Assembly (NCBI GenBank): GCA_030770535.1
Contig: JASVEC010000110.1
Location: forward strand, 1-53,402
Reading direction: 5' to 3'
From: Batkoa obscura
Taxonomy: Eukaryota
Length of the DNA stretch: 53,402 nucleotides
Shown here in pieces: positions 25,490 to 37,499 of this stretch; position 1 is the first letter of the stretch; every line of letters begins with the position of its first letter. A program made the position numbers and the translations under genes. The notes beneath the pieces are model-generated. The model did no database searches. It was not told where the DNA came from and saw only the letters and a program-made list of their open reading frames with translations.

Positions 25490-27137
25490 ATATCGTATTT
25501 CAAAGTTTTCACTATATTTGAATAATAGATAATCTAGTTGGTGCTAAAATCATATATATATTATTCATGGGCTACAAAAAAAAATTTGATATATAAAATT
25601 TGATATCAAAAGCTTCATTACTTCATAATACTTTGCTAGATCCAGGCTGTAAATACTCTATCTCATTGTATTCCTTTTCTATTAAATTTTAAAAAGCAGC
25701 AGTTTAGTTAATCAAAAATTTGGCAAGAATATAAGTGACGTCTTACATAATACATCCAAGAAGGACAAATTCGCTAATTTTGAGCTTGATTGCCTTTGTT
25801 TCATTTTTTTCTGTAAACTTTTTGACCCTCTCTTGTAGTATGTCTTCTTATCACCCTGTAATTTTTCCTTTTGATATTTTTATTGTTGTGATACTTTTTT
25901 AATCTTATTATTTTGTTTTAAATTTTGTTTTTTTAGTAAAATAATTGAGTTTGTGTTTATTCTAAAGATTTTAAAAAGGATACTTTGTGAAGTTTACCTA
26001 CTTTGCAAAAAAAATGAAAACTTTATGATATTAGCCTATTAGACCCAACACCGAATAAATAATTTAACTGAATTATGAACTATATTGGCAAATAATTAAC
26101 TATATAAAATGCAAATTTGTTAATGAAATGATAATAAGGCCATATATAGATTGAAAGAGCCCAATACTTGGGGGCTTCAAAGCAAATATTAAAGTAAAAG
26201 CAAACAAGTATAATAACAAAAATGCAAAATTCAATAAATTTTTACTAAGAAATCATAAGAATTACATTTATAGAAGTGATACCAGTAAATAGAAGATTGA
26301 GGAGGAACTTTCTCGTTAAACAGATGTATTACTTTGTCACTTAAGCTAAATTTTCATTAAAAATAGTAGCTATGCCTTCTGAAAAATTAAGGCCATTATT
26401 CAAAAACAATATATCAAACATGGAGCTATATGATACAGTGGTATAATGGAGTGATAGTGATGGGTGGTTGTCGTAGTTAAGCAATGCTACAGATGAACAT
26501 TTATGACTTAAAATAAGAGAAAGATATTCCTTTAGGTAAAATACTGAGGACAATGCATTTCCTGGATTAAACAATAAAGTTGACAAATTACTATAGTTAA
26601 AGGATAGAGACGAGAGACGTACATTGGAGCTGTTTTGCTTTTATCTATAAAGTTCAAGTTAAAAAGTAGAATGAGGAATTAAAAATACAAAGGATACTAA
26701 ATTTACTTACATAAAAACTTGATAAGCCATAGCTGTCATTCGAGAATAGAGTGTAATAACTATCATAGTTAAACTCCTCAACGTCACAGAAAAAGGGCCT
26801 TAAATGGAGATAAAGGTTTTGATTTAGCGCCTAAATAGCTCAACAACAAATTTCATGTTAATTTGATTTTTTGTTAGAAACCAGATTAGTATTTATCTTT
26901 TTTTTTGGAATAGTTGAAATTGAAATTGAAATTGAAATTTAATAAATGAAATCCAACAACTAATTCTTTGACATTTACGTCACCATAAAGAATTTGGTAT
27001 TTTGATTCATTTTATAAATTTAGTCAACAGTAATCAAATAATTTTCATAAATTTATGCTCAATTTTCTTTTTTGTAAACTTTATTGTTGCAAATAAATCC
27101 ACAAATTAAATGCAAATGCGTAAAAAGTTAGAATAAA

Positions 27138-27235
27138 GGGATGTATTTTTTAATTTTACTACCAAGTTCTTCCACTCAAATAACACTTAATGGAAAAGTT
27201 GTTAGTAAAATTCTTAAGCAAGAGAATACATCCCC
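27138..27235. mobile_element. Rearranged MITE with the same end at both termini
   Basis: GGGATGTATTTTT...AATACATCCCC; two half-copies in opposite orientation. Confidence 0.65.
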
Positions 27236-27621
27236 ATAAGTGATTTTAATGTTACACAGCTGCTGCAACTCTCCTGTAGTCTAATCAACTGTTCATTTAA
27301 AAATAAAGTTCGGTAAAAATATCCTAAAATTATATTCTTAAGATTTGAAAACCAATAAAACAGACAACTGGCTTTAAAAACTACAAATCAGGTCCAATAG
27401 AACTCCAGGTGCTTTAGGTAGTTTGTTGCTTTGAAAAGTGATAGCTTTTTAAAATATTGATTTATCTTTAAATATAACTATTAAGTTCAAAGTAAACAAG
27501 ATTCACCTCCTCAATGAGACACAACAAAATGAAATGTTTTAGATTTTTTTTATTACAAAAGGAAAAAAAGATGAGCTAATTGTTTAACAGAAAAACGAAA
27601 AATAAACGAACTAAGGTTGAT

Positions 27622-28679
27622 TTAAGACAATAGACATTGACAATGATCCTCGTAAATCATACTCTTAATATTATCACGATTTTGCCAAAACCAAGCATTT
27701 GGTGATATATCCATAGTGAATGAGGACTTCAAGTTGCTACAGTACCTTTTTTTAAAGATGGCTGATAAAGGCCAAGCAACGAGAAATAAGCAAGATATGA
27801 CATTAAAGGCTGTATACAACGGCTCATTGTTAAAGATATAGGCCCAATTATCACATCGAGCTATAGAAAGGGGGAAAAGAGCCATGAAAACAAGAGATAC
27901 AATACTAAGAGGTGTAAATAAAGGGCTGTTGATTAAGGCATTTATCCAATTCCCTTGTCGAACTATTATCTCGTTTCTACTCAAAATATATTTAACACTA
28001 ATAGTATGGTAATAACCTTCAATTCTCAAGGCCTTTTTGATTTTTTGAGTTAATAAGTCATAATCCCATATTACCTCCTTTACTATTTTTAACTCTTTTA
28101 AAGTGGCCTCTGACTTAATATAATTCTTGATCTCCTGCATCAATTCTTGTTGTGAATTCTCACATTTATATGGATTATGTATCTTGCCTTTCTGTGATAT
28201 AAACGAAGTTAAATCAATCTCTTTATCAAAATCTACTACATCTCGAGTTTTCATTACTTGGCGTTCTTTTCTTTTATTGTTCTTATAATAAGTTTCAGTG
28301 ACTTCATAAGTTTCTTTATGTACTCCTAAGTTGAAACATGACGTTATTATATATAATTATTTAATTAAAGTAATGATGGATACCCTTTATACGAACCTTT
28401 AACTCAGGCTTAGAATTATAAGTATATATATAACTTTTTAATAATACAGCGTCTTTGTTTAGTCTTTTGTCATGTGAAACTATCCCACTTTGAGAAATTC
28501 TAACTTCTAAGTCTGCTGGTAATAGTCGAAGTCCTAAATTAGCCATTATTTTATGTTTTTTTTAGTTTATAAATATATATACCATTGCTTACATTAAATT
28601 CTGGGTCTTGCCCAATTCCTTCACTATAAGCTGGTAATCCTGAATAGCTTTTAGAACAAACTACCTCTTCTAAGTTCAT
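27622..28679 (-). CDS. Family A copy 4 (introns 28534-28582 and 28326-28383), with duplicated hydrophobic segment
   Basis: Splices to MNLEEVVC..LPAYSE..GLRLLPADLEV..IKGVHKETYEVT..; same intron positions as copy 3. Confidence 0.75.
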
Positions 28680-30034
28680 GCTTGAACTATCCTAATTCGA
28701 AATTGTTTAAACAGTTTTGATTAAAAAAATTGATTAAACTCTTAGCATATATAGGAACTTTGCCAAGATTTGAATTAAATTAAGTAGAATCGTTGAGAGG
28801 TATTATTTGTTACTTTTACAAGGTTTCAGGTGATATAGGAATAATTTTTATTAGAATACTGCGATCAACCATTAACTTTAAGGTTAAAATATAAATTAAA
28901 TTGTTATCCAATTAAATAGATGTAGGTATAACATTATAAGGTAATAATGTAATTTCTTTAGTTTTGTTAACTTTGACCTGATTATATTCAACTCATTAAG
29001 CTTCAAACGGCTATATTAATACGATTTTGCATATTTTAACACATGATGGTTTAGACAATAGTAACATCTATAATATTTGTATAACAAACGTAGGTTTCTT
29101 ATTTCCTTTAGTTGTTATAAGGACTAAATAACTCTAATAATTAGCCATTGGGAATGTTTAGTTAATAAACCCAAACTCATTAATACTATGATAATTTGAT
29201 AGATACCAATACATGAAACTGTGGATAACTGTCGCTTTTGCATTTGGATAAAAAAACATAATAATTTCTTCTCTCATATTTAATGGTTTATTAGCAGTTC
29301 CTTTACTTTAATAGAATTTTAGTACTATTGCCTATGCCTTATGAAATGATACTTTGAATGGATTAACTTACATTTAATCTCTTAATTTTTTGTACCTAAG
29401 CAATAAACTAGATATTATATCAAAATAGTAGTGTTCAGTCAAATTATAAGGACATTTTAAAACGTATAAACGAGTAATAATTTTTCTACAGATAGTCTAA
29501 TTGTTTATCGAAATTTAAGTGAATAGCGATTGGCTCAAACAAAGTTCAATTTTGTTTTTATTTTGGTTTATCACAGAAGCTAAGTTAAGTATAAACATAA
29601 AAAAAATAAACTCACTTTAAAAATGAAGGTTGAAGTAATAGCTCTTTATATACTCTTTTATTTTTAATATTATATAACTATTAAAGTTGATTTGATTGTA
29701 AAATGTCAAAAAACTATTTAAGTCAAATTTGCCACTTTAAGAATATCCAAATTAAAAATTTGTTAACGATAAACTGAGCGACATTTTAATTTAACAAATA
29801 AAACAAAACTAAAAACAGTCAAAATGAAAAAAATGATAGACATAAATTATAAAAGTAGAAAAGCAATATAAACTTGAAAATAATTGAACTAATTTTGATA
29901 ATCCATAAAGTGTATCTTATGTTCTGACTTAATACTACTTTAAATTATTTAAGAACAAACTTTTTAATTTATTTGCTTTAATTATATTATTTTTAGCTTT
30001 GACTAGTTAAAAGTAACTATAAACGTCTATTAAA

Positions 30035-33000
30035 ATGAATAAATTGTTTTATATAACAATACCGCTATTGATAGCAAATATAACATTTGGTTTAGACTGT
30101 CCAAATCCAACAGACAAATGTCGATATAGGGGTAAAAGATTTTTACCTTCCGATCCCAACGCTCCCGAATGCTGGTCATTTTCATATGATCGTTGGCAAT
30201 GTACTTACAAAGTGGATGGTAAATGTGATAAAGCTTATGGCCAAGTTGACATTACTGAATGTAATGTTCCACCACCACCTCCAACTCCAGAATGTCCAAA
30301 AGCAACTGACACTTGTAAAACTGGAGATATCCTTTGGAAGGCAGATAGTCCAAATGCACCAAAATGCTGGACTAAAAATCCATCTGTTCAATTTGGATGG
30401 ATTTGTAGAGGAGACTCAGAAGATGAGTGTGATGCTTCAAAAGGTGAAGCTGATCTAACCAATTGTAACATTAAACCACCAGTTCCAACCCCAGAATGTC
30501 CAAAAGCTACTAATAAGTGTAAAACTGGTGATGTTATTTGGAATGCTAATAGTCCAAATGCACCAAAATGTTGGACTAAAAATCCATCCGTTGAATTTGG
30601 ATGGACTTGTAGAGGAAATTCTGGTGATAAATGCGATGCTTCAAAAGGTGAGACTGACATCAAAACCTGTGATATTCCTCCCCCTCCAATTCCTGATTGT
30701 CCAAAAGCTACTGATATTTGCTATGCTGGCACTGAAAGCTTCAAAGCAAATGACCCCAATGCACCAAAATGTTGGTCTAAATCATCATCTGGGGGGTGGG
30801 ATTGTTTAAATGGATTAAATGGTAAATGCGATACTACAATTGGTCAATTAGACATCAAGACTTGTAAAATTCCTCCACCGGATCCAACTTCAGAGTGTCC
30901 AAAAGATAATGATTATTGTTTAATTGATGATATTGCTTATTTTCCTACTGATCCAATTAAACCAAAATGTTGGTTTAAAACTCCAAAAGGCTGGTCTTGT
31001 GACGCTTTAGCTGTCACTTGTGATACTAGCAAAGGCCAAATTGATATTGAAACATGTGGTGTTACTCCTCCAATTCCAATCCCAGAATGTCCAAAAGCTA
31101 CTAATAAGTGTAAAACTGGTGATATTATATGGGATGCTAATAGTCCAAATGCACCAAAATGTTGGACTAAAAATCCATCCGTTGAATTTGGATGGACTTG
31201 TAGAGGAAATTCTGGTGATAAATGCGATGCTTCAAAAGGTGAGACTGACATCAAAACCTGTAATATTCCTCCTCCAGCTCCAACCCCAAAGTGTCCAAAA
31301 GCTACCGATTTTTGTAGAAATGGTATCGGATCCTGGAGAGCTAATGATCCATACTCACCAAAATGTTGGTCAAAAACCTCTTCAGGGTGGAGATGTCAAG
31401 GAGATAGTGATGCTAAGTGTGATACATCTAAAGGTGAGGTTGACCTTAAAGCATGTAATATTCCACCACCAACTCCAGAATGTCCAAAAGCTACTGACTC
31501 TTGTTTAGTTGGTGATATTGCATACCGTGCAGATGATCCAAGTGCACCAAAATGTTGGAGTAAATCTTCAGCATCTCAATTTGGATGGTCATGCTATGGA
31601 AGTAGATTTACAACTTGTGATGCTTTAAGAGGTGAAGTTGATTTAAGCACTTGTGGTATCACTCCACCAGTTCCAACTCCAGAATGTCCAAAAGCTACTG
31701 ACTCTTGTTTAGTTGGTGATATTGCATATCGCGCATCTGATTCATTTGCACCAAAATGTTGGACTAAGAACCCATCCGTTCAATTTGGATGGACTTGTAA
31801 AGGAAACTCAAACACTATATGTGATGCTTCAAGAGGTGAAGCTGATTTAAGCACTTGTGGTATCACTCCACCAATTCCAACTCCAGAATGTCCAAAAGCT
31901 ACTGACTCTTGTAAAACTGGGGATATCCTTTGGAAGGCGAATAGTCCAAATGCACCAAAATGTTGGACTAAAAATCCATCCGTTCAATTTGGATGGACTT
32001 GTAAAGGAAACTCAAATACTATATGTGATGCTTCAAGAGGTGAAGTTGATTTAAGCACTTGTGGTATCACTCCACCAGTTCCAACTCCAGAATGTCCAAA
32101 AGCTACTGACTCTTGTTTGGTTGGTGATATTGCATATCGCGCATCTGATTCATTTGCACCAAAATGTTGGACTAAGAACCCATCCGTTCAATTTGGATGG
32201 ACTTGTAAAGGAAACTCAAACACTATATGTGATGCTTCAAGAGGTGAAGTTGATTTAAGCACTTGTGGTATCACTCCACCAATTCCAACTCCAGAATGTC
32301 CAAAAGCTACTGACTCTTGTAAAACTGGGGATATCCTTTGGAAGGCGAATAGTCCAAATGCACCAAAATGTTGGACTAAAACCATCCGTTCAATTTGGAT
32401 GGACTTGTAAGGAAACTCAAACACTAGATGTGATGCTTCAAGAGGTGAAGTTGATATATCTACATGCCCATTCCCTCCAGTTCCAACTCCTAATTGTCCG
32501 AAATCTACTGATACATGTAAGACTGGTGATATTCTTTGGAATGCAAATAGTCCAAATGCACCAAAATGTTGGACTAGAAATCCATCCGTTCAATTTGGAT
32601 GGACTTGTCAAGGAAATTCGAATACCAGATGTGATTTCTTAAGGGGTGAAGTTGATATAACCATGTGCACATTTCCTCCAGTTCCCCCAATTCCAGATTG
32701 TCCAAAAGAAAAGGACTATTGTCGTAATGGTTATTCTTATTTTTATGCTTCTGATCTCAAGGCACCTGCTTGTTGGAGAAAGACAAAACTTGGATGGACA
32801 TGTAATTGGAAGAAAGGATACATCTGTGATAAAGGTGAAGTAGATCTCACTGTTTGTTTCCCATATAGACGCAGAAAGTGCCCAAAAAAGAATTATGATA
32901 GTTATTCCCACTATGGTTCAGGTTATGGCTCGGGATATAAGCCAGGATATAATACACCTAAACCTGGTTATGGGTCTGGCTATAAGCCTTCTTATGGCTC

Positions 33001-33043
33001 AGGCTATAATCCAGTATACAATCCAGTATACAAAGGTCATTAA
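30035..33043 (+). CDS. Secreted protein of 14 tandem six-Cys modules with Pro/Thr linkers and a Gly/Tyr/Lys/Pro tail (about 1000 aa)
   Basis: Signal peptide; module C-x6-C-x16-CW...GWxC-x6/7-C...G(E/Q)xD-x3-C. Compensating 2-nt (about 32381) and 1-nt (about 32410) deletions create one TAA, after which the original frame continues to 33043. Confidence 0.85.
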
Positions 33044-33218
33044 GTCAACAAATTTAGATTCAATCATCCTCAAAGTAACTATGAATGAATGCTGCTTTTT
33101 GAAATTAATTTAAATAAAAAGGATCATGGTTCTAAATATCTATGATAACAAACCTAAAAAAATTTAAACTTTGAACTCTAGAATACAAGCTACTCATTTG
33201 CTAGAATATTTAGAATAT

Positions 33219-33318
33219 GGGAGTGTTTTTTTTGACTTCATTATTTTTTCCATTTTTCAAGCGCTATTTGAGTGGAAAATTTGTTAGATAAAATTCTTAA
33301 ATACAAAAATACATCCCC
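33219..33318 (+). mobile_element. ~99-bp MITE copy
   Basis: Near-consensus; ATAT/ATAT. Confidence 0.9.
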
Positions 33319-33330
33319 ATATATTAAATA

Positions 33331-33424
33331 GGGATGTATTTTTTTGCTTAACAATTTTACTAACAATTTTTTACTCAAATAGCACTTGAAAATGAAAAAA
33401 GTGATGAAGCCAAAAAACGCTCCT
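33331..33424 (-). mobile_element. ~99-bp MITE copy, inverted next to the previous one
   Basis: Reverse match to consensus, 12 bp from 33318. Confidence 0.8.
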
Positions 33425-33767
33425 AATGTTATGTGGTATTTGTAAAATTAATCAAAGTTTTATACCTAAGTTCTTCATCTAGCATATTAGTATTTAACTG
33501 AAATGTTTTCTATTTAAATGATGTACCGTACAGCTCAAACTAAAAGGAAAAAAACAAGGGATACTTTGGTTATAATTGGCTATTAGAGCATTATAATATG
33601 TCTGACTAAGTTCAAGTCTGAAGTATTCTCTTCAAATTTAATTAAAGATGAATGGACATTTTCATTTTGTATTTGCTGAATTTATTTATAAAGTTTTTCT
33701 TTTTTCTTTTTTCTTATCAAATACAAAATATCAGAAATAGAACTGATAAAAATGATCCTTGTATATT

Positions 33768-33857
33768 GGGGTATTTTTAGTTTCATCTTTTTTATCTTTT
33801 AAGCCCTATTTAAGCAGAAAAATTGTTAGTAAATCCTTAAATCTAGAAATACACCTC
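33768..33857 (+). mobile_element. ~99-bp MITE copy (diverged)
   Basis: Matches consensus with indels. Confidence 0.65.
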
Positions 33858-34057
33858 TATATACATTTCAAATTATTCATATAATATTTTTTTAATAAAA
33901 TTAGTAATAGAAATATATAATAGAGATAAGTTCCAACCTTTAAACATTTCAATTAAATTTTGTTAGCTTTTTTATCAAAAATAAAATCAATATGAAATTT
34001 TGTTAAATTCAAATTCAAAATCATTTCAACTTATTAAAAAGTATGAATTTTAGATAT

Positions 34058-34153
34058 GAGGGTGTGTTTTTTGGCTTCATTACTTTTTCCATTTTTTAAG
34101 CGCTATTTGAGCAGAAAGATTATTAGTAAAATTAAATATAAAAATACATCCCC
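34058..34153 (+). mobile_element. ~99-bp MITE copy
   Basis: Matches consensus; ATAT/ATAT. Confidence 0.88.
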
Positions 34154-34931
34154 ATATCTTTGTTTTATTTTTGTCTTAAAAAAGCAAAAGTTTTAAAATT
34201 ATAAAATTTGCTTTAATTATTTATTTAACTAAATAGTGATAAATTAAACAATTCTACAATAAATAATAGTTTTTTGATATATTATATTAGTTACTAATTT
34301 ATGAAGATTTTAATAATAACATTTTTGTTTACTTCTATTTTTTATTAAAGCATTATCATTAAATTAATAAATAAGATTATAATTTTTTATGCATTATTTT
34401 AAATTATAAAATAATTCTATAAATTATTAGTTGTTGATAATCAATTAAGTTTCATAAAGTATGAGTTAGCTCAAAAGCTTGGTTTAAATTCTATCTAACT
34501 TCTTTTTTACAAAAATTGCAAATCAAGCATCAAGTAGTGTAGAAATACTTGCTTTTTGCTTGATTTTAGAATAACTTATTCAAAAGTTTTTTATTCAGTT
34601 TTGCTTAACAACTTTTTAAAAATTTATGCTATAGAAAATGTATAAAAAAGAATTAGTATTTTATTTTTGATTTCAATTTAGCTTTTAAAATTGCCCATAT
34701 TTCTAAAAATTTAATAAGCTACTAACAAATAAGTTGCCAAATTATAATTCAATTCCAAAATAACACAGAGCTAGGTGTTAAGATTTTCGGAATGGTTTTT
34801 AATTTAGTCAATCGAACAAGAACATTCAGATAAAAAATTAAATAAAAGCTCTAAAGTTGAAACTAAATAGCTTAGCCTATCAACTAATTGAGATATATAT
34901 GTGTCATTATGTATGTCCAAGAAACCATACA

Positions 34932-35184
34932 AAGACATATATGCTATTTTTACCTATAGTCTATGTACTTTCATACAAAAAAAGGGAACATTTTTGTTAC
35001 AAAAATTTTACCGTTTGCTTGAAAAATAGTTTATGCAGTTCCACATAAACTAAACCCAATTTTTTTATATCTATAAGAATATGCAAATTTTTTTTCAGGC
35101 AAATGGTAAAACTTTTATTACAAAATGTCCACTTTTTTTTGTAAAAGTACGTAAACTATAAGTGAGAATAGTGTATATACGTCC
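34932..35184. repeat. Foldback (long imperfect inverted repeat, arms about 95-100 bp)
   Basis: ctatttttacctatagtctatgtacttt..ggaacatttttgttacaaaaattttaccgtttgcttgaaaaa pairs with tttttcaggcaaatggtaaaacttttattacaaaatgtcc..aaagtacgtaaactataagtgagaatag. Confidence 0.75.
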
Positions 35185-35433
35185 TGGAAAAAACTACTTA
35201 TGACTTGGTGGATATTACATGCTTAGTTGCTTATACTTCAAGACGCTTATTACAGAGTATAAAAATAAAATATTTTATATTATTACTGTACAATATTACA
35301 ATGTCCTAATGCATTTAATAAAATAAAATATTGTTTTATATTTAGCTATAGTTAAAGTGGTAATTTTTGAACTTTTTTTTCTAAAAGTTTTGCAGATTTA
35401 TTACCAATATTTCCCACATATTGTTCATGATAT

Positions 35434-35534
35434 GGGGATGTATTTTTTTGTTTAAGAATTTTACTAACAGTCTTTCCACTCAAATAGTACTTAAAAAATG
35501 GGAAAGTAAAATTTAAACATAAAAATACATCTTC
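35434..35534. mobile_element. MITE variant with the same end at both termini
   Basis: GGGGATGTATTTTT...AAAAATACATCTTC; ATAT/ATAT flanks. Confidence 0.7.
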
Positions 35535-35833
35535 ATATATATAATTTCTCAAGCTACTGCTCAAGATATATAATACATTTCAAAAAGAATTGGTGATAAT
35601 CTGGAATGCATTTTTGGGTTGAAGTTCTGGCGGTTAATAGGCTACTTAAGAAAGTATTTAGATTGTAATTATAATTCAATGTTTTAAACCTTGATAAAAT
35701 ATTCCTATTTTTAATGCATAAGCTAGGAAGAATCCTTTTTTTGTAGTTTATTAAAGAATTAGCAAATTATTACCAAATAACTTAAAATCATATATAATAA
35801 AGCAAGTAGTATCCAAAGCTTGATGTCTTTAAA

Positions 35834-36581
35834 ATGTCAAGTCAAGAAAGTTTAATATTAAATTTAAGTAGATTTTCGCATACTTTGGATGAAAATCTCA
35901 TAACTTCAATAAAGAAAGATCACAATTTAATAAAATATTTATTTGAAGAGTTTCTAAAGCTGTCTTTGGAATGTCATAAAATAAAGTTGAGCAACGAAAT
36001 AATACGCCAAAGTAATTTTTATGTAGACAAAAACATCAATAACTAATGTGATCTTTTAGTTTCGGTTCATAACATTGCTGAGGAATTAACAGTATATCCA
36101 GTAATAAAAGATAAACTTGGGGAATACACATATATTCAGAATTTAAATGAGCACCGCAATCTGGAAAAGGAGCTTCGCAAGCTACCAAATTATTACTCTG
36201 AAGTTGGTTCTGAAGGATTCTATAAGATTCTTATAACAATTGTCGAGGTAAAGGTTATATAAATATAAAGATTATTTAATTGTTTTTAGAGTTTCATTGC
36301 CCATTCGGAAAAAGAAGAAAAAGAAATCTTACCCAAGTTAATCGAAAAGTTGACTGATCATGAAAAAGAAGATATTACTAAATCCTTTATATATAAACGA
36401 TCGAAAGTTCCAACCAGGTAATTGATATTAGCATTTTTATTTTTATTTACTAATTATGATTAGACCTCATCCTGGAGTAGCTATTAAATTCCCATACAAA
36501 AGCATTATCGCCACTCTTCAAGCGCCATTGGATAAATTCATGGATATATTCACAAGGGATTTTCCTATTGTTAGTCATTGA
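35834..36581 (+). CDS. Hemerythrin/HHE cation-binding domain protein (introns 36012-36059, 36248-36289, 36418-36463)
   Basis: Spliced product has IKKDH, HNIAEELTVYP, EH, HSEKEEKEILP and VPTRPHP, the typical hemerythrin-like ligand pattern. All introns are GT-AG and preserve frame. Confidence 0.85.
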
Positions 36582-37400
36582 ACTTCACCTATTATACTCT
36601 ATGCTTTATAAAATAGCTTAATTATATATATTATATTTTAGATTGGTATTTTTGTTTTACTGTTTTGTAGTTTATTAAATATATTTTACTAGTATTTATA
36701 TACTCTAAGGTATTTCAAACATAAATAATTTGCGATTTGGTATTCTATTATTCAATAACGTTTAAAGCTAACAAAATAAAAAACTTAATAGATTGGACCA
36801 CTTTATTTGGATAGATATACAACTTGAGATTCAAATCAACTCAACGAAATAGATCTACGTGCAAGTTTATTCTCATGTAATTTGCTTCTACAATCTCTTC
36901 ATAACTTCCCATTAAATCTAGATATTAAATAGTCTAGTATCCCGTATGGTCTATAAATACCATTTATTTGAGAATTACTAAAAGGGCTTTTTTCCAACGA
37001 TCCTTTCAAGTTTTTTATTTTATTATAGTAAATTTTCCTAGTTTTTTATATTGACTTTATATTAATGTATACATATTCTAGGTCCTATTTGTATAATAAC
37101 TATCTGAGTAGAGATTGTATTTGAATTCTATTATGCACTGAATAATTGGGTGATTCATGAATAGAAAAGGCTATATATAATTTTAGTAAGTAATAGAGTG
37201 CTAATTGAGCTGATGAATTAGTCAATTTTAACTATAATAATTTAATGTGTTAATATTTAAGTTATCTATTGATATGAAGTAACAATATTTGTTCATAAAT
37301 TAGCAATTCAATATAAATCAAAAACTAGTTTTAGTATGAAAAAAGGGAAAACTATATAAACTAACTTTACTATAGTTATTAATTATTAATTATAACATAT

Positions 37401-37499
37401 GGGAGTGTTTTTTTTGACTTCATTATTTTTTCCATTTTTTAAGCGCTGTTTAAGCGGAAAATTTGTTAGTAAAACTCTTAAACATTAAAATACATCCCC
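37401..37499 (+). mobile_element. ~99-bp MITE copy
   Basis: Near-consensus; ATAT/ATAT. Confidence 0.9.

Noticed and set aside
26915..26940. (TGAAAT)n and similar microsatellites (also about 11349 and 17705)
   Set aside because: Ordinary short slippage repeats, not telomeric arrays.
30182..32911. Antisense and alternative-frame ORFs over the Cys-repeat genes
   Set aside because: They are shadows of the repetitive coding sequence.
30035..33043. Modules read as fungal dockerin, hevein or CFEM domains
   Set aside because: No adjacent CC, no WGxENxxWC motif, and six rather than eight Cys.
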